Positions 9,088 to 19,440 of a DNA stretch of 64,000 bases are shown in pieces. This stretch comes from Bacteroidales bacterium (GTDB taxonomy: Bacteria > Bacteroidota > Bacteroidia > Bacteroidales > ML635J-15). The position numbers and the translations under genes were made by a program. Location: the NCBI GenBank assembly GCA_003249955.1, contig QKHS01000042.1:7889-71888 (forward strand). Reading direction: 5' to 3'. Position 1 is the stretch's first letter; every line of letters begins with the position of its first letter. Below the pieces are notes generated by a model. That model had not been told where the DNA came from. It was given only the letters and a program-made list of their open reading frames with translations, and ran no database searches.

Positions 9088-9963
9088 ATGCACAAATCCG
9101 GCTTTGTAAATATCATCGGAAACCCGAATGTAGGGAAATCAACTCTGATGAACGAACTCGTAGGAGAACGTATATCCATAATTACTGCAAAATCACAGAC
9201 TACACGCCACCGTATATTCGGAATAGTAAGCGGAGACGATTTTCAAATCGTTTACAGCGACACTCCCGGGATAATAAAGCCCCAATATAAGTTACAGGAA
9301 AGAATGATGGATTTTGTCGGCAGTTCATTCGAAGATGCTGATGTTTTCCTTTACGTTACCGACGTTGTGGAAAGTCCTGACAAAAACATGGAATACATAG
9401 AGAGATTACGCAATGTTAAAGTTCCCGTAATTTGTCTGATAAACAAAATAGACCTTTCAAATCCCGAAAAAATTGCAGAACTTCAAAATTACTGGAAAGA
9501 AAATCTTCCTGATGCAGAAATTTATGCAATTTCTGCATTACAAAAATTTAACATCTCGGGAATTTTCGACCGGTTACTGGAACTCCTTCCCGAAGGCGAA
9601 GCATGGTACCCGAAAGACCAGCTTACCGACAAAACCGAAAGATTTATAGTTTCGGAAATAGTGCGTGAAAAAATTCTTTTGTACTACCAGAAAGAAATTC
9701 CATATGCCAGTGAAGTTGTTGTCGAAGAGTTTAAAGAAGAAGAAAAAATTATAAGAATAAAAGTCGCGATAATTGTTGAACGACAGACTCAGAAAGGAAT
9801 TATCATCGGGCACAAAGGAGCAGCATTAAAAAAGACCGCTACTGCCGCACGGTTAGACATGGAAACATTTTTCGGCAAAAAAGTATTTGTCGAATTCTTT
9901 GTAAAAGTCAAAAAAGACTGGCGTGACAGCGATATAAACCTGAGAGATTTCGGATACGTTTAA
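9088..9963 (+). CDS. era: GTPase Era
   Basis: HKSGFVNIIGNPNVGKSTL, QTTR, DTPG, NKID and C-terminal KH domain (GIIIGHKG); ATG 9088 preferred over TTG 9070. Confidence 0.97.
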   Translation: MHKSGFVNIIGNPNVGKSTLMNELVGERISIITAKSQTTRHRIFGIVSGDDFQIVYSDTPGIIKPQYKLQERMMDFVGSSFEDADVFLYVTDVVESPDKNMEYIERLRNVKVPVICLINKIDLSNPEKIAELQNYWKENLPDAEIYAISALQKFNISGIFDRLLELLPEGEAWYPKDQLTDKTERFIVSEIVREKILLYYQKEIPYASEVVVEEFKEEEKIIRIKVAIIVERQTQKGIIIGHKGAALKKTATAARLDMETFFGKKVFVEFFVKVKKDWRDSDINLRDFGYV

Positions 9964-10005
9964 ACTAGCCAAAACAGCATTATAAAGAAACTAAAAATCT
10001 GATTA

Positions 10006-10121
10006 ATTTGTTTTTTGAATTTTGAAGCCTGTGATTTTGATTTACTGAGGGCAGAAGCCATTGCAGCTTTAAAACTGCGATCCGTAAATTATAATTTGAA
10101 TTTTATGATTTGTGATCTGAA
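10006..10121. repeat. two degenerate T-rich heptamer arrays
   Basis: ATTTGTT TTTTGAA TTTTGAA GCCTGTG ATTTTGA (10006-10040) and ATTTGAA TTTTATG ATTTGTG ATCTGAA (10094-10121). Confidence 0.4.
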
Positions 10122-10141
10122 CTTTTAAAAATATTACATTT

Positions 10142-10792
10142 ATGAACATCAACAATTTATTTAATTTTTTCGCACCGAAAAATGATGATTTTTTTCCGAT
10201 GCTTAATGAAACAGTAGCTTTAGCGACTGTTGCTTCGGGGTATCTTATTCAATTGTTTGATAAGGAAAACGAAACGGACAAAGCAGAACTTATAAGTCTT
10301 ATCAAAGCTATTGAAGTTCAGGGAGATAAAGTAACTGGCAAAATATTTAAAAAGCTTGAGCGCACATTTATTACCCCATTTGACCGAGAAGACATTCAAA
10401 AAATTACAGAAGAAATCGAAAACGTTATAGATCATTTAAATTATTGTGCACATAAATTTCTTTTGTATTCTCCTGAAGATTTACCGGAATGCACAAAGAA
10501 TATAGCAGTAATCATAAATTCAGAAGTTATTGAACTTGAAGAATCTGTTAAGAATCTTAAAAATCTGAAGAAGAATGCAATGCCTATAAAATCTCGTTGT
10601 AAGGCAATTAAAAAACTTGAACAGGAGGCTGACCAGGAATACCAAACAGCAATTATTTCAATTATTAACTCAGGTAGGAATGCTGTCGAAATAATAAAGT
10701 TGAAAGAAATTATTCAGGAGTTGGAAGAAACTGCAAATAGTGTTTATTCTACATCAAAAGTGATGAAATTACTGCTTGTTAAATATTCTTAA
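10142..10792 (+). CDS. DUF47 (PhoU-like) Pit accessory protein
   Basis: IEVQGDKVT, TFITPFDREDI, LEQEADQEY; directly upstream of a Pit transporter. Confidence 0.9.
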   Translation: MNINNLFNFFAPKNDDFFPMLNETVALATVASGYLIQLFDKENETDKAELISLIKAIEVQGDKVTGKIFKKLERTFITPFDREDIQKITEEIENVIDHLNYCAHKFLLYSPEDLPECTKNIAVIINSEVIELEESVKNLKNLKKNAMPIKSRCKAIKKLEQEADQEYQTAIISIINSGRNAVEIIKLKEIIQELEETANSVYSTSKVMKLLLVKYS

Positions 10793-10801
10793 AAAACGGA
10801 T

Positions 10802-11806
10802 ATGACCTTACTTATTATTGTAATAGCACTGGGTTTGATTTTCGATTTTATCAATGGTTTTCATGATGCTGCAAATTCGATAGCAACCATTGTAACAACA
10901 AGAGTTCTTACTCCGTTTCAGGCAGTATTGTGGGCTGCCGCTTTTAATTTTCTGGCATTTTTTGTGGCTAAATTTATAATCGGAGAATTTGGAATTGCAA
11001 ATACCGTTTCAAAGGTTGTCTTGCATGAATTCATAACACTTCCGATAATTTTTTCCGGATTAGTAGCAGCAATTTTCTGGAATCTTCTTACATGGTGGTT
11101 TGGCATTCCGTCTTCTTCATCGCATACGCTAATTGGAGGTTTTGCCGGAGCTGCCGTTTGTGCAAGCGGATTTTCAACAATTCATACCGGAGTAATTATT
11201 AAAATCGCATCGTTTATAGTTCTTGCCCCGGTTATTGGCTTACTGACATCATCGTTAATTACAATTGCGGTTTTGTGGGCATTTAAAAAGGTTCGGGCTC
11301 AGAGAGCAGAAAAAGCATTTCGTCATCTGCAACTCGTATCGTCAGGCTTGTTTAGTTTAGGGCATGGTCTTAATGATTCTCAAAAAGTAATGGGTATTAT
11401 TGCAACAGCAATGATTGCTGCCGGACAAATTGATTCTGTAAACAATATGCCCGACTGGATACCGTTGGCATGTTTCTCGGCAATAGCGATCGGAACAATG
11501 TCAGGCGGATGGAGAATTGTCAAAACAATGGGAAACAAGATTACTAAGGTTACTGCGCTAGAAGGTGTGTGTGCAGAAACTGCCGGAGCCTTAACATTGT
11601 TTTTAACTGAAATGCTAAAAATTCCTGTTAGTACAACTCATACTATCACCGGTTCAATCATGGGTGTTGGGGCTGTAAAACGTTTTTCTGCAGTGAGGTG
11701 GAAAGTTACCATAAATCTTCTGTACGCATGGCTTTTAACTATCCCGATCAGTGGGCTTTTAGCGGCTTTGGTTTACCTTATTGTTACTGCACTTGGTTTG
11801 AAATAA
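10802..11806 (+). CDS. inorganic phosphate transporter, PiT family
   Basis: [36 protein letters not shown] and PVSTTH motifs. Confidence 0.96.
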   Translation: MTLLIIVIALGLIFDFINGFHDAANSIATIVTTRVLTPFQAVLWAAAFNFLAFFVAKFIIGEFGIANTVSKVVLHEFITLPIIFSGLVAAIFWNLLTWWFGIPSSSSHTLIGGFAGAAVCASGFSTIHTGVIIKIASFIVLAPVIGLLTSSLITIAVLWAFKKVRAQRAEKAFRHLQLVSSGLFSLGHGLNDSQKVMGIIATAMIAAGQIDSVNNMPDWIPLACFSAIAIGTMSGGWRIVKTMGNKITKVTALEGVCAETAGALTLFLTEMLKIPVSTTHTITGSIMGVGAVKRFSAVRWKVTINLLYAWLLTIPISGLLAALVYLIVTALGLK

Positions 11807-11830
11807 CAGATACATCTGCTTCCAAAAAAA

Positions 11831-11858
11831 TCTTCCGGCTTCCATCTTCCGATTTTGG
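11831..11858. repeat. degenerate heptamer array
   Basis: TCTTCCG GCTTCCA TCTTCCG ATTTTGG; same TCTTCCG unit as at 8245. Confidence 0.5.
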
Positions 11859-11868
11859 TCTTTTTTAC

Positions 11869-11876
11869 TACCTTTG
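11869..11876 (+). promoter_or_regulatory. Bacteroidota primary-sigma -7 box (der)
   Basis: TACCTTTG matches TAnnTTTG, 15 bp upstream of ATG 11892. Confidence 0.65.
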
Positions 11877-11891
11877 CAAAAATTTTCAGTT

Positions 11892-13199
11892 ATGGGAAAC
11901 ATTGTTGCAATAGTTGGCCGTCCTAATGTCGGTAAATCTACATTCTTCAACCGTCTTATCGAACGTCGCGAAGCGATTGTTGACGATACAAGCGGTGTTA
12001 CACGTGACAGGCTGTACGGACATTGTTTCTGGAACGGAAAAACTTTCTCTGTTGTAGATACCGGTGGATATATAAACAATTCCGACGATGTATTTGAACA
12101 GGAAATTGCGAAACAAGTCATGATTGCAGTAGAAGAAGCCGATGCAATAATGTTTCTGGTAGATGTGCAATCCGGGCTCACAGATCTGGATATATCTGTT
12201 GCCGAACTGTTACGCAGATCAAAAAAACCTGTTTTCCTTATTGCAAACAAGGTTGACGTAAACTCCAGAATAACAGATAGTTACGAATTTTACAATCTTG
12301 GATTGGGAGAAGTGTATTGCATTTCAGCAGTAAACGGGCTTGGAACAGGCGATGTTCTGGACGCTCTGACCGAAGTACTCGAAAACGACGAAGACCGTAT
12401 TGAAGATGCCCTGCCAAGAGTAACTATTGTAGGTCGTCCGAATGTGGGCAAATCATCACTTACAAATGTTTTGATAGGAGAAGAAAGAAATATTGTAACA
12501 GATATAGCCGGCACAACAAGAGATGCTATCAATACACGTTACAACAAATTCGGATTCGACTTTATGCTGGTTGATACTGCCGGAGTACGAAGAAAAACAA
12601 AAGTTAGCGAAGATCTGGAATTTTATTCAGTAATGAGAGCCATCCGTGCAATAGAAAACGCTGATGTATGTCTTTTAATGATTGATGCAACTCTTGGCTT
12701 CGAAGCTCAGGATCAGAATATATTAAATCTTATCCGTAAAAATAAAAAAGGGATTGTAATTTTGGTAAACAAATGGGATTTGATCGAGAAAACAACAAAT
12801 TCTGTAAGAGATTACAAAAAAGTTATAATGGACAAAATTGCCCCTTTCAATGATATCCCGGTTCTGTTTATATCTGCTCTTACCAAACAAAGAGTTCATA
12901 ACGTAATCGAAACAGCCATGCAGGTTTATCAAAACAGAATTCAACGCATACCCACAGGAAAACTCAACGAGGTAATGCTTGAAGCAATAGAAGCCTATGC
13001 ACCTCCGGCACATAAAGGTAAGTTTGTAAAAATTAAGTACGTTACACAACTCCCTACGCCAACACCTGTTTTCGCATTCTTTGCAAACCTGCCGCAATAT
13101 ATTAAAGACCCGTATAAAAGATATCTCGAAAACAAACTGCGGGAAGCCTACGATTTTACCGGAGTTCCTATCACCCTAGTATTCAGAGACAAGGGGTAA
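11892..13199 (+). CDS. der: ribosome biogenesis GTPase Der
   Basis: Two tandem G domains ([34 protein letters not shown]) and a C-terminal KH-like domain. Confidence 0.97.
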   Translation: MGNIVAIVGRPNVGKSTFFNRLIERREAIVDDTSGVTRDRLYGHCFWNGKTFSVVDTGGYINNSDDVFEQEIAKQVMIAVEEADAIMFLVDVQSGLTDLDISVAELLRRSKKPVFLIANKVDVNSRITDSYEFYNLGLGEVYCISAVNGLGTGDVLDALTEVLENDEDRIEDALPRVTIVGRPNVGKSSLTNVLIGEERNIVTDIAGTTRDAINTRYNKFGFDFMLVDTAGVRRKTKVSEDLEFYSVMRAIRAIENADVCLLMIDATLGFEAQDQNILNLIRKNKKGIVILVNKWDLIEKTTNSVRDYKKVIMDKIAPFNDIPVLFISALTKQRVHNVIETAMQVYQNRIQRIPTGKLNEVMLEAIEAYAPPAHKGKFVKIKYVTQLPTPTPVFAFFANLPQYIKDPYKRYLENKLREAYDFTGVPITLVFRDKG

Positions 13200-13363
13200 T
13201 AAATTGTTGTAATTGTTTAGAATCCGGTTCACGGTAAAAACAAAACACATCTGTTTGCAAAGTTTCAAAACCGGCAAATCAGATCCTTACCAACACATAT
13301 TATACACTTAAACAGATTTTAATTTTCAAATCTCATATTAATTGCAATTTTCTCCAAATATCT

Positions 13364-13371
13364 TAACTTTG
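13364..13371 (+). promoter_or_regulatory. Bacteroidota primary-sigma -7 box (pheS)
   Basis: TAACTTTG, 20 bp upstream of the pheS ATG. Confidence 0.65.
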
Positions 13372-13391
13372 CAAAAATAAAATTTTCAACA

Positions 13392-14411
13392 ATGATTGAC
13401 AGAATTAAGGAAATACTTGCAGCCGTTGAATCTTTTCAACCAAAGTCTATCGAAGAAGTCGAAGAATTCAGACTTAAATATTTATCAAAAAAAGGATTAA
13501 TTCCGGCATTATTCGATGATTTTCGCAATGTTCCGGCCGAACAGAAAAAAGAAGTAGGAGCCGAAATAAATATTCTGAAACAAAAAGCCACCGATAAGCT
13601 TAACGAACTTAAAGATGCTTTAACTGTAAATGCCGAAGGTAAAATCGAACTCGATCTAACCCGCCCCGGCGATCCTTTTAAAATCGGATCACGTCACCCG
13701 CTGTCAATTGTACGAAACGAAATTATTTCAATTTTTACCAGGTTAGGTTTTATCGTAGCTGACGGACCGGAGATTGAAGACGACAATCATAACTTCGGGA
13801 AACTTAATTTCCCGCAGGATCATCCTGCACGCGACATGCAGGATACATTTTTTATCTCGCCCGACATGAATGTACTTCTTAGAACACATACCTCATCTGT
13901 TCAGGCTCACGAAATGTCAGAACTTAAACCACCTATAAGAAGCCTTTCACCGGGTCGTGTTTACCGTAACGAAGCAATCTCGGCAAGAGCACATTGCTTA
14001 TTTCATCAAATAGAAGGGTTATACGTTGATAAAAATGTTTCTTTCGCCGACCTTAAACAAACCCTTGACTATTTTGCAAAAGAAATGTTCGGAGAACACA
14101 CAAAAATACGCATGCGTCCCTCCTATTTCCCGTTTACAGAACCATCTGCCGAAGTTGACGTAAGTTGTACCCTGTGCGGAGGTAAAGGATGTAACGTTTG
14201 TAAGGGAACCGGCTGGCTCGAAATTCTTGGTTGCGGAATGGTTGACCCTAACGTTTTTGAAGCTGCCGGAATTGATCCTGAAATATACACAGGTTTTGCA
14301 TTCGGAATGGGAATAGAAAGAATAACAATGCTTAAATACGGAATCCGTGACCTAAGACTTTTCTTTGAGAACGACATAAGATTCTTAAATCAGTTTACCG
14401 CTGCAATTTAG
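13392..14411 (+). CDS. pheS: phenylalanine--tRNA ligase alpha subunit
   Basis: HPARDMQDTFF, LLRTHTS, FHQIEGL, YFPFTEPS, Cys cluster CTLCGGKGCNVC, GFAFGMGIER. Confidence 0.97.
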   Translation: MIDRIKEILAAVESFQPKSIEEVEEFRLKYLSKKGLIPALFDDFRNVPAEQKKEVGAEINILKQKATDKLNELKDALTVNAEGKIELDLTRPGDPFKIGSRHPLSIVRNEIISIFTRLGFIVADGPEIEDDNHNFGKLNFPQDHPARDMQDTFFISPDMNVLLRTHTSSVQAHEMSELKPPIRSLSPGRVYRNEAISARAHCLFHQIEGLYVDKNVSFADLKQTLDYFAKEMFGEHTKIRMRPSYFPFTEPSAEVDVSCTLCGGKGCNVCKGTGWLEILGCGMVDPNVFEAAGIDPEIYTGFAFGMGIERITMLKYGIRDLRLFFENDIRFLNQFTAAI

Positions 14412-14423
14412 ATATATGCTTTG

Positions 14424-15218
14424 ATGATTCTAAATTCAGATATCGCGGGAACCGGACACAAGCAACTTGTAATTCTACACGGGCTTTACGGTAGCAGCGA
14501 AAGCTGGTCAAGAGTCGCGAATCTTTTAGGTGATGAATTTACCGTTCACCTGATTGATCAGAGAAATCACGGAAAATCTTTTCATAACCCGTCTCATAAT
14601 TACTCCGATTTATGCGAAGATTTAAAATCCTGGGCAGAATTTCACGGGCTTAAAGAATTTTATCTTGCAGGACACTCGATGGGTGGAAAAACTGCTATGT
14701 TTTTTGCATCATTATATCCTGAAATGGTAAAAAAGCTTATTGTAGCAGACATATCCCCGAGAAGTTACTCTTCCCTTATGGAGCAGGATGATTCTGTAAA
14801 ATTCCATCTCAATCTTATATCACTTATGAAAAACATGCCTGTAACAGGCATGTCAACTTTCAGGCAGGCGAGCGAATATCTAAAAGGCTATGATGAAACT
14901 GTAAGGAATGTAATCCTCAAAAATCTTAAAAAAGATAATGAAAGATTAACCTGGAAAATAAACATAAATGCAATTTTTGAAAATCTTCCCGAAATTATGA
15001 GCGGGTTAAATCCTGACGATTTCATTGATAATAAAATAAATACCCCGACATTGTTTTTAAAAGCTGCAAACTCTGTTTACATAACCAGCAACGATAAAAA
15101 ACTGACAGAGTTTATTTTTACCGATGTCAGAACAAAAATCATAGAAAATGCAGGACATTGGCTTCATTACGAACAACCCGAAAAGGTCGCTGCTGCAATA
15201 AAAGAATTTTTAGATTAA
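14424..15218 (+). CDS. alpha/beta hydrolase (YbfF/ABHD11-like esterase)
   Basis: [15 protein letters not shown], nucleophile elbow GHSMGG, AGHWLH. Confidence 0.9.
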   Translation: MILNSDIAGTGHKQLVILHGLYGSSESWSRVANLLGDEFTVHLIDQRNHGKSFHNPSHNYSDLCEDLKSWAEFHGLKEFYLAGHSMGGKTAMFFASLYPEMVKKLIVADISPRSYSSLMEQDDSVKFHLNLISLMKNMPVTGMSTFRQASEYLKGYDETVRNVILKNLKKDNERLTWKININAIFENLPEIMSGLNPDDFIDNKINTPTLFLKAANSVYITSNDKKLTEFIFTDVRTKIIENAGHWLHYEQPEKVAAAIKEFLD

Positions 15219-15225
15219 AAATAAT

Positions 15226-16608
15226 ATGACAAAATTCCGTACCGAAAAAGACACAATGGGCAACGTGGAAGTTCCTGCCGACAAATACTGGGGAGCTCAA
15301 ACACAAAGATCATTTGAAAATTTCAAGATAGGAAAAAAAATGCCCGCCGAAATAATTTATGCAATGGCTTTATTAAAAAAAGCCTGTGCTGAAGCAAACT
15401 GTTCGACCGGAGTGTTAAGTGCCGAAAAAAGTCAACAGATCTCTCAGGTGTGTGATGAAATATGCTCAGGCCAACTGGATGATCAGTTTCCGTTAGTAGT
15501 GTGGCAGACGGGTTCCGGAACCCAGACCAACATGAACCTTAACGAGGTTATTGCCAATAGGGCACACGTTATTTCCGGCGGGCAACTGGATGATAAAATA
15601 AAAATTCTCCATCCCAACGATGACGTAAACAAAAGCCAGTCTTCAAATGACACTTTTCCCTCGGCAATGAATATTGCAGCAAAAATTGTAATTGAGACCA
15701 AAACATTACCGGCTGTAAAAATATTGAGAAACGGGCTGAACGAAATCTCAAAAAAATACAGCGACATAATCAAAACCGGCCGTACCCATTTTATGGATGC
15801 AACACCAATAAGCGTCGGACAGGAATTTTCCGGGTATGTCGCTCAGCTTGATCATGGCATAAAAGCATTGGAAAACACTTTACCACATTTGTCAGAACTT
15901 GCTATAGGCGGGACTGCAGTAGGAACCGGCTTAAATGCTCCGAAAGGATTTGACGAAAAGGTTTGTTCGCTGGTTTCAACATATACCAACCTTAGTTTTA
16001 TTCCGGCACCAAATAAATTCGAAGCTCTTGCTGCAAATGATGCAATGGTTGAAACCCACGGAGCTCTGAAACAAATCGCTGTCAGCCTCAATAAAATTGC
16101 AAACGACCTTAGATTTATGTCAAGCGGACCACGCTGCGGATTAAACGAAATATTTATTCCTGAAAACGAACCCGGATCATCAATTATGCCCGGAAAAGTT
16201 AATCCCACACAAATTGAAGCTATGACGATGGTCTGTGCTCAGGTTATCGGCAATGACACCGCAATAAGTATAGGCGGCATGAACGGACATTTTGAGCTAA
16301 ATGTTTTTAAACCACTGATAATCAAAAATTTCACAGAGTCTGCAAATCTTATTGCAGAAGCCTGTGAATCATTTTACAACAATTGTGTTGCCGGCATTAC
16401 CATAAACCAATCAAGACTTGATTATTATCTTAACCAATCTCTTATGACTGTGACCGCATTAAACTCCAAAATCGGGTACGAAAAAGCTGCAATAATAGCA
16501 AAAACTGCACATAAAAAAGGAATTAGCCTTAAAGAAGCAGCTTTGGAAACAGGCTTCATATCAGAAAAAGATTTTGACATTGTCGTTGACCCTCAAAAGA
16601 TGATATAA
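15226..16608 (+). CDS. fumC: class II fumarate hydratase
   Basis: [29 protein letters not shown] and signature [13 protein letters not shown]. Confidence 0.97.
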   Translation: MTKFRTEKDTMGNVEVPADKYWGAQTQRSFENFKIGKKMPAEIIYAMALLKKACAEANCSTGVLSAEKSQQISQVCDEICSGQLDDQFPLVVWQTGSGTQTNMNLNEVIANRAHVISGGQLDDKIKILHPNDDVNKSQSSNDTFPSAMNIAAKIVIETKTLPAVKILRNGLNEISKKYSDIIKTGRTHFMDATPISVGQEFSGYVAQLDHGIKALENTLPHLSELAIGGTAVGTGLNAPKGFDEKVCSLVSTYTNLSFIPAPNKFEALAANDAMVETHGALKQIAVSLNKIANDLRFMSSGPRCGLNEIFIPENEPGSSIMPGKVNPTQIEAMTMVCAQVIGNDTAISIGGMNGHFELNVFKPLIIKNFTESANLIAEACESFYNNCVAGITINQSRLDYYLNQSLMTVTALNSKIGYEKAAIIAKTAHKKGISLKEAALETGFISEKDFDIVVDPQKMI

Positions 16609-16679
16609 AATTCATAAATAGTTTATCGAAACTTAATTTATTACACTAATTTTGTAAATATTTTGATTCTTTAATTATA

Positions 16680-18542
16680 ATGTGCGGAATAACCGGTTTT
16701 TACACAAAAAATAATCCTGATTTTGTAAGCAAGGAAGAACTTGACAAAATGACATCCTGCCTGGTGCACCGTGGCCCTGATGCTGTTGGCAGCTATTATT
16801 CCGGGTTGATCGGACTCGGTCATCAAAGATTAAGTATTCTGGACTTGTCAAATGATGCAAATCAGCCTATGGAATCACATTCCATGAGATATGTTTGCGT
16901 TTACAACGGCGAGGTGTACAACTTTATGGAAGTTGCAGAAGATCTTAACATTGAACTTAAAACAAGCTGCGACACCGAAGTGATAGTCGAAGCATTTGCA
17001 GAATGGGGCGTCACGTTTATAAATAAACTAAACGGGATGTTCTCCATATGTATTTATGACAAACAGGAACAAATCCTTTACCTTTTCCGTGACAGGATAG
17101 GAATAAAACCAATGTTCTATTATTGGGACGGCAACAATTTCGCTTTTTCTTCAGAACTAAAGTCACTTTTACAAATAAAATACATCCGGGAACGCCGTCA
17201 GATTAATAATTCTGCAATTAACGAGTTCCTGCATTTAGGTTATATTCCGGAACCAAACACTATATTTTCAAACATCCGTAAATTTCCTAACGGACAAACA
17301 GGCATTGTTTCCGAAAATGGCTTTCGTATGGAGTCATACTGGGATATAGAAGGTACAATCAGGAGAAATATCATAAATGATCCGGTTGAAGCAAAAGAAA
17401 GACTTAATGAGCTAATTACATCTTCTGTAAAAATGCGACTGGTCAGCGATGTTCCGTTCGGCACTTTTTTAAGCGGGGGGATAGACTCCAGTCTGGTGAC
17501 TGCTATTGCGGCAAAAGAACTCAATCAAAAACTCAACACTTTCTCTATCGGGTTTAGTGACAGCAAACATGACGAATCAAAATTTGCATCCAAAGTCGCA
17601 TCCTATCTTGGGACAAATCACCACGAATATATTGTTACAGAATCCGATGCCAGAGACATAATACTGGATATGCTCGATTTCTACGACGAACCTTTTGCCG
17701 ACTCATCAGCAATTCCGACAATGATGCTGTCGAAACTTGCAAAAGAAAAAGTATCAATGGTACTTTCAGGTGATGGTGGCGACGAACTTTTCCACGGTTA
17801 CGGAGCATATAAATGGGCAAAAAGGCTGGCTACATTTCCTGGAAACCGCATGCGTGTAATTATGGGGATCATTCTTGGTATTACACCATCGAACCGGTAT
17901 AAAAGAGCTTCATATCTATACAAGTACAAAGACAAAGCAAATATTAAAAGCCATATCTTTTCACAGGAGCAATACCTTTTCAGCGAAAGAGAACTTGACA
18001 AAGTCCTTAATCCTGAACTCATCTTTGACAATAGTCTTGAGCAGGATTACTCAAATTTCGTAAGAAAACTTACTCCCGAAGAAGCTCAGGCTGTATTTGA
18101 CCTCAGATATTATCTAAAAGACGATTTACTTGTAAAAGTTGACCGTGCATCAATGAGATATGCTTTGGAAACAAGGGTTCCGTTACTTGACCACAGAATC
18201 GTTGAATTTGCGTTAAACGTTGACCCGAAACTAAAAATATCCGGAAATATTCAGAAATACCTTCTTAAAGAAGTCCTTTACGACTATATCCCGAAAGAAT
18301 ACTTCGACAGACCAAAATGGGGATTCTCAATTCCGCTAAAAAGATGGCTCTACACCGATTTATCTTTCCTGATAAATGAATACCTTAACGAAGGAGTTAT
18401 AAACGAATTCAATTATATAGAATTTAAAGAAGTTCAGAAACTTGTGAGAAAATTTAAGTCAGGTCACGATTATTTATACAACAGGTTGTGGCTGTTGATT
18501 ATCCTGCACAAGTTCCTTATTAAAAACAGAAACCTTATTTAA
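16680..18542 (+). CDS. asnB: asparagine synthase (glutamine-hydrolysing) family amidotransferase
   Basis: N-terminal MCGI (Ntn Cys), HRGPD, YNGEVYNF, RDRIGIKP, LSGGIDSS, LSGDGGDELF, ETRVPLLD. Confidence 0.9.
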   Translation: MCGITGFYTKNNPDFVSKEELDKMTSCLVHRGPDAVGSYYSGLIGLGHQRLSILDLSNDANQPMESHSMRYVCVYNGEVYNFMEVAEDLNIELKTSCDTEVIVEAFAEWGVTFINKLNGMFSICIYDKQEQILYLFRDRIGIKPMFYYWDGNNFAFSSELKSLLQIKYIRERRQINNSAINEFLHLGYIPEPNTIFSNIRKFPNGQTGIVSENGFRMESYWDIEGTIRRNIINDPVEAKERLNELITSSVKMRLVSDVPFGTFLSGGIDSSLVTAIAAKELNQKLNTFSIGFSDSKHDESKFASKVASYLGTNHHEYIVTESDARDIILDMLDFYDEPFADSSAIPTMMLSKLAKEKVSMVLSGDGGDELFHGYGAYKWAKRLATFPGNRMRVIMGIILGITPSNRYKRASYLYKYKDKANIKSHIFSQEQYLFSERELDKVLNPELIFDNSLEQDYSNFVRKLTPEEAQAVFDLRYYLKDDLLVKVDRASMRYALETRVPLLDHRIVEFALNVDPKLKISGNIQKYLLKEVLYDYIPKEYFDRPKWGFSIPLKRWLYTDLSFLINEYLNEGVINEFNYIEFKEVQKLVRKFKSGHDYLYNRLWLLIILHKFLIKNRNLI

Positions 18543-18721
18543 AATTTCAATTGTTTTAATAATTTTCTGTTCATTAAACACATAAATTCTATTTGTTAAA
18601 TTCATTACACGATACATTAATTTCCCGTATTGCTGCAAAGGACATATAAAACTCAAAATTTTGCATTTTGTCTGAATTTTAATAACTTTGGTGAATAATT
18701 AAAACCTAAACTTAATTTATT

Positions 18722-19372
18722 ATGGAAAAGTTAATCGCATTATTTACGTCAAAGCCTGCTGACACAATCGAGTCAGATGGATTCTTTAAAAAATCATTCA
18801 GGTTTATGTTTTTATTTGCAGCAATAGTTATTGCCGCTTATGGTATTTACAGTCTTGTTGCTGTAGCAATCGACTACTTTAAAATGGTTTTCGATCTGGA
18901 GGCATTCCAGATTATCCGCCACTTGTTATTATTCCTTTTATGTCTTGTAATTTCAGTTTTGACTTACGTACTGATAACCGGAGCTCTTTATCACAGAGCA
19001 AAACTTATTCTTGGAGACACAGCAATTAATATTGTTGATATTATGCCAGGCGTTTTTAAAACAATTGGTATAATCACGGCAATTATCCCTTTTGCTGTCG
19101 GGCTGATAGGATTTTTATCAACACTACTTGCTGCAACCCCTTTCTTCCCTATGGAAGAATTAAACGGAATAATGGCCGGTCTTACAATAATTGATATGCC
19201 GTCAATACTTTCCGGTTTTGGAGTTGACGGATTTGAAGAATACATCAAGCAATTATTCGGAACCGGATTAGTTGTGCTTATTTTAAGCATTTTTGCAGCA
19301 TTCATCAACCTTGTAGCAATGTATCTTATTTCAGCACTTTACAAAATGGTAGTAGATTTCCTTAGAAAATAA
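18722..19372 (+). CDS. hypothetical multi-pass membrane protein
   Basis: 216-aa ORF with about four hydrophobic segments, own TAACTTTG box (18683-18690) and a downstream terminator. Confidence 0.8.
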   Translation: MEKLIALFTSKPADTIESDGFFKKSFRFMFLFAAIVIAAYGIYSLVAVAIDYFKMVFDLEAFQIIRHLLLFLLCLVISVLTYVLITGALYHRAKLILGDTAINIVDIMPGVFKTIGIITAIIPFAVGLIGFLSTLLAATPFFPMEELNGIMAGLTIIDMPSILSGFGVDGFEEYIKQLFGTGLVVLILSIFAAFINLVAMYLISALYKMVVDFLRK

Positions 19373-19387
19373 TATCTGATTTATATT

Positions 19388-19422
19388 AAAATAATGAGCC
19401 GGAACCGGCTCATTATTTTTTT
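19388..19422 (+). terminator. intrinsic terminator
   Basis: Perfect 15-bp inverted repeat AAAATAATGAGCCGG-AA-CCGGCTCATTATTTT ending in a T run. Confidence 0.85.
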
Positions 19423-19440
19423 AATTTTAATTATACTGAA

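Noticed and set aside
16680-18542. AsnB-like protein as a lasso peptide cyclase
   Set aside because: The glutaminase domain is intact (MCGI), and no precursor, RRE or leader peptidase gene is nearby.
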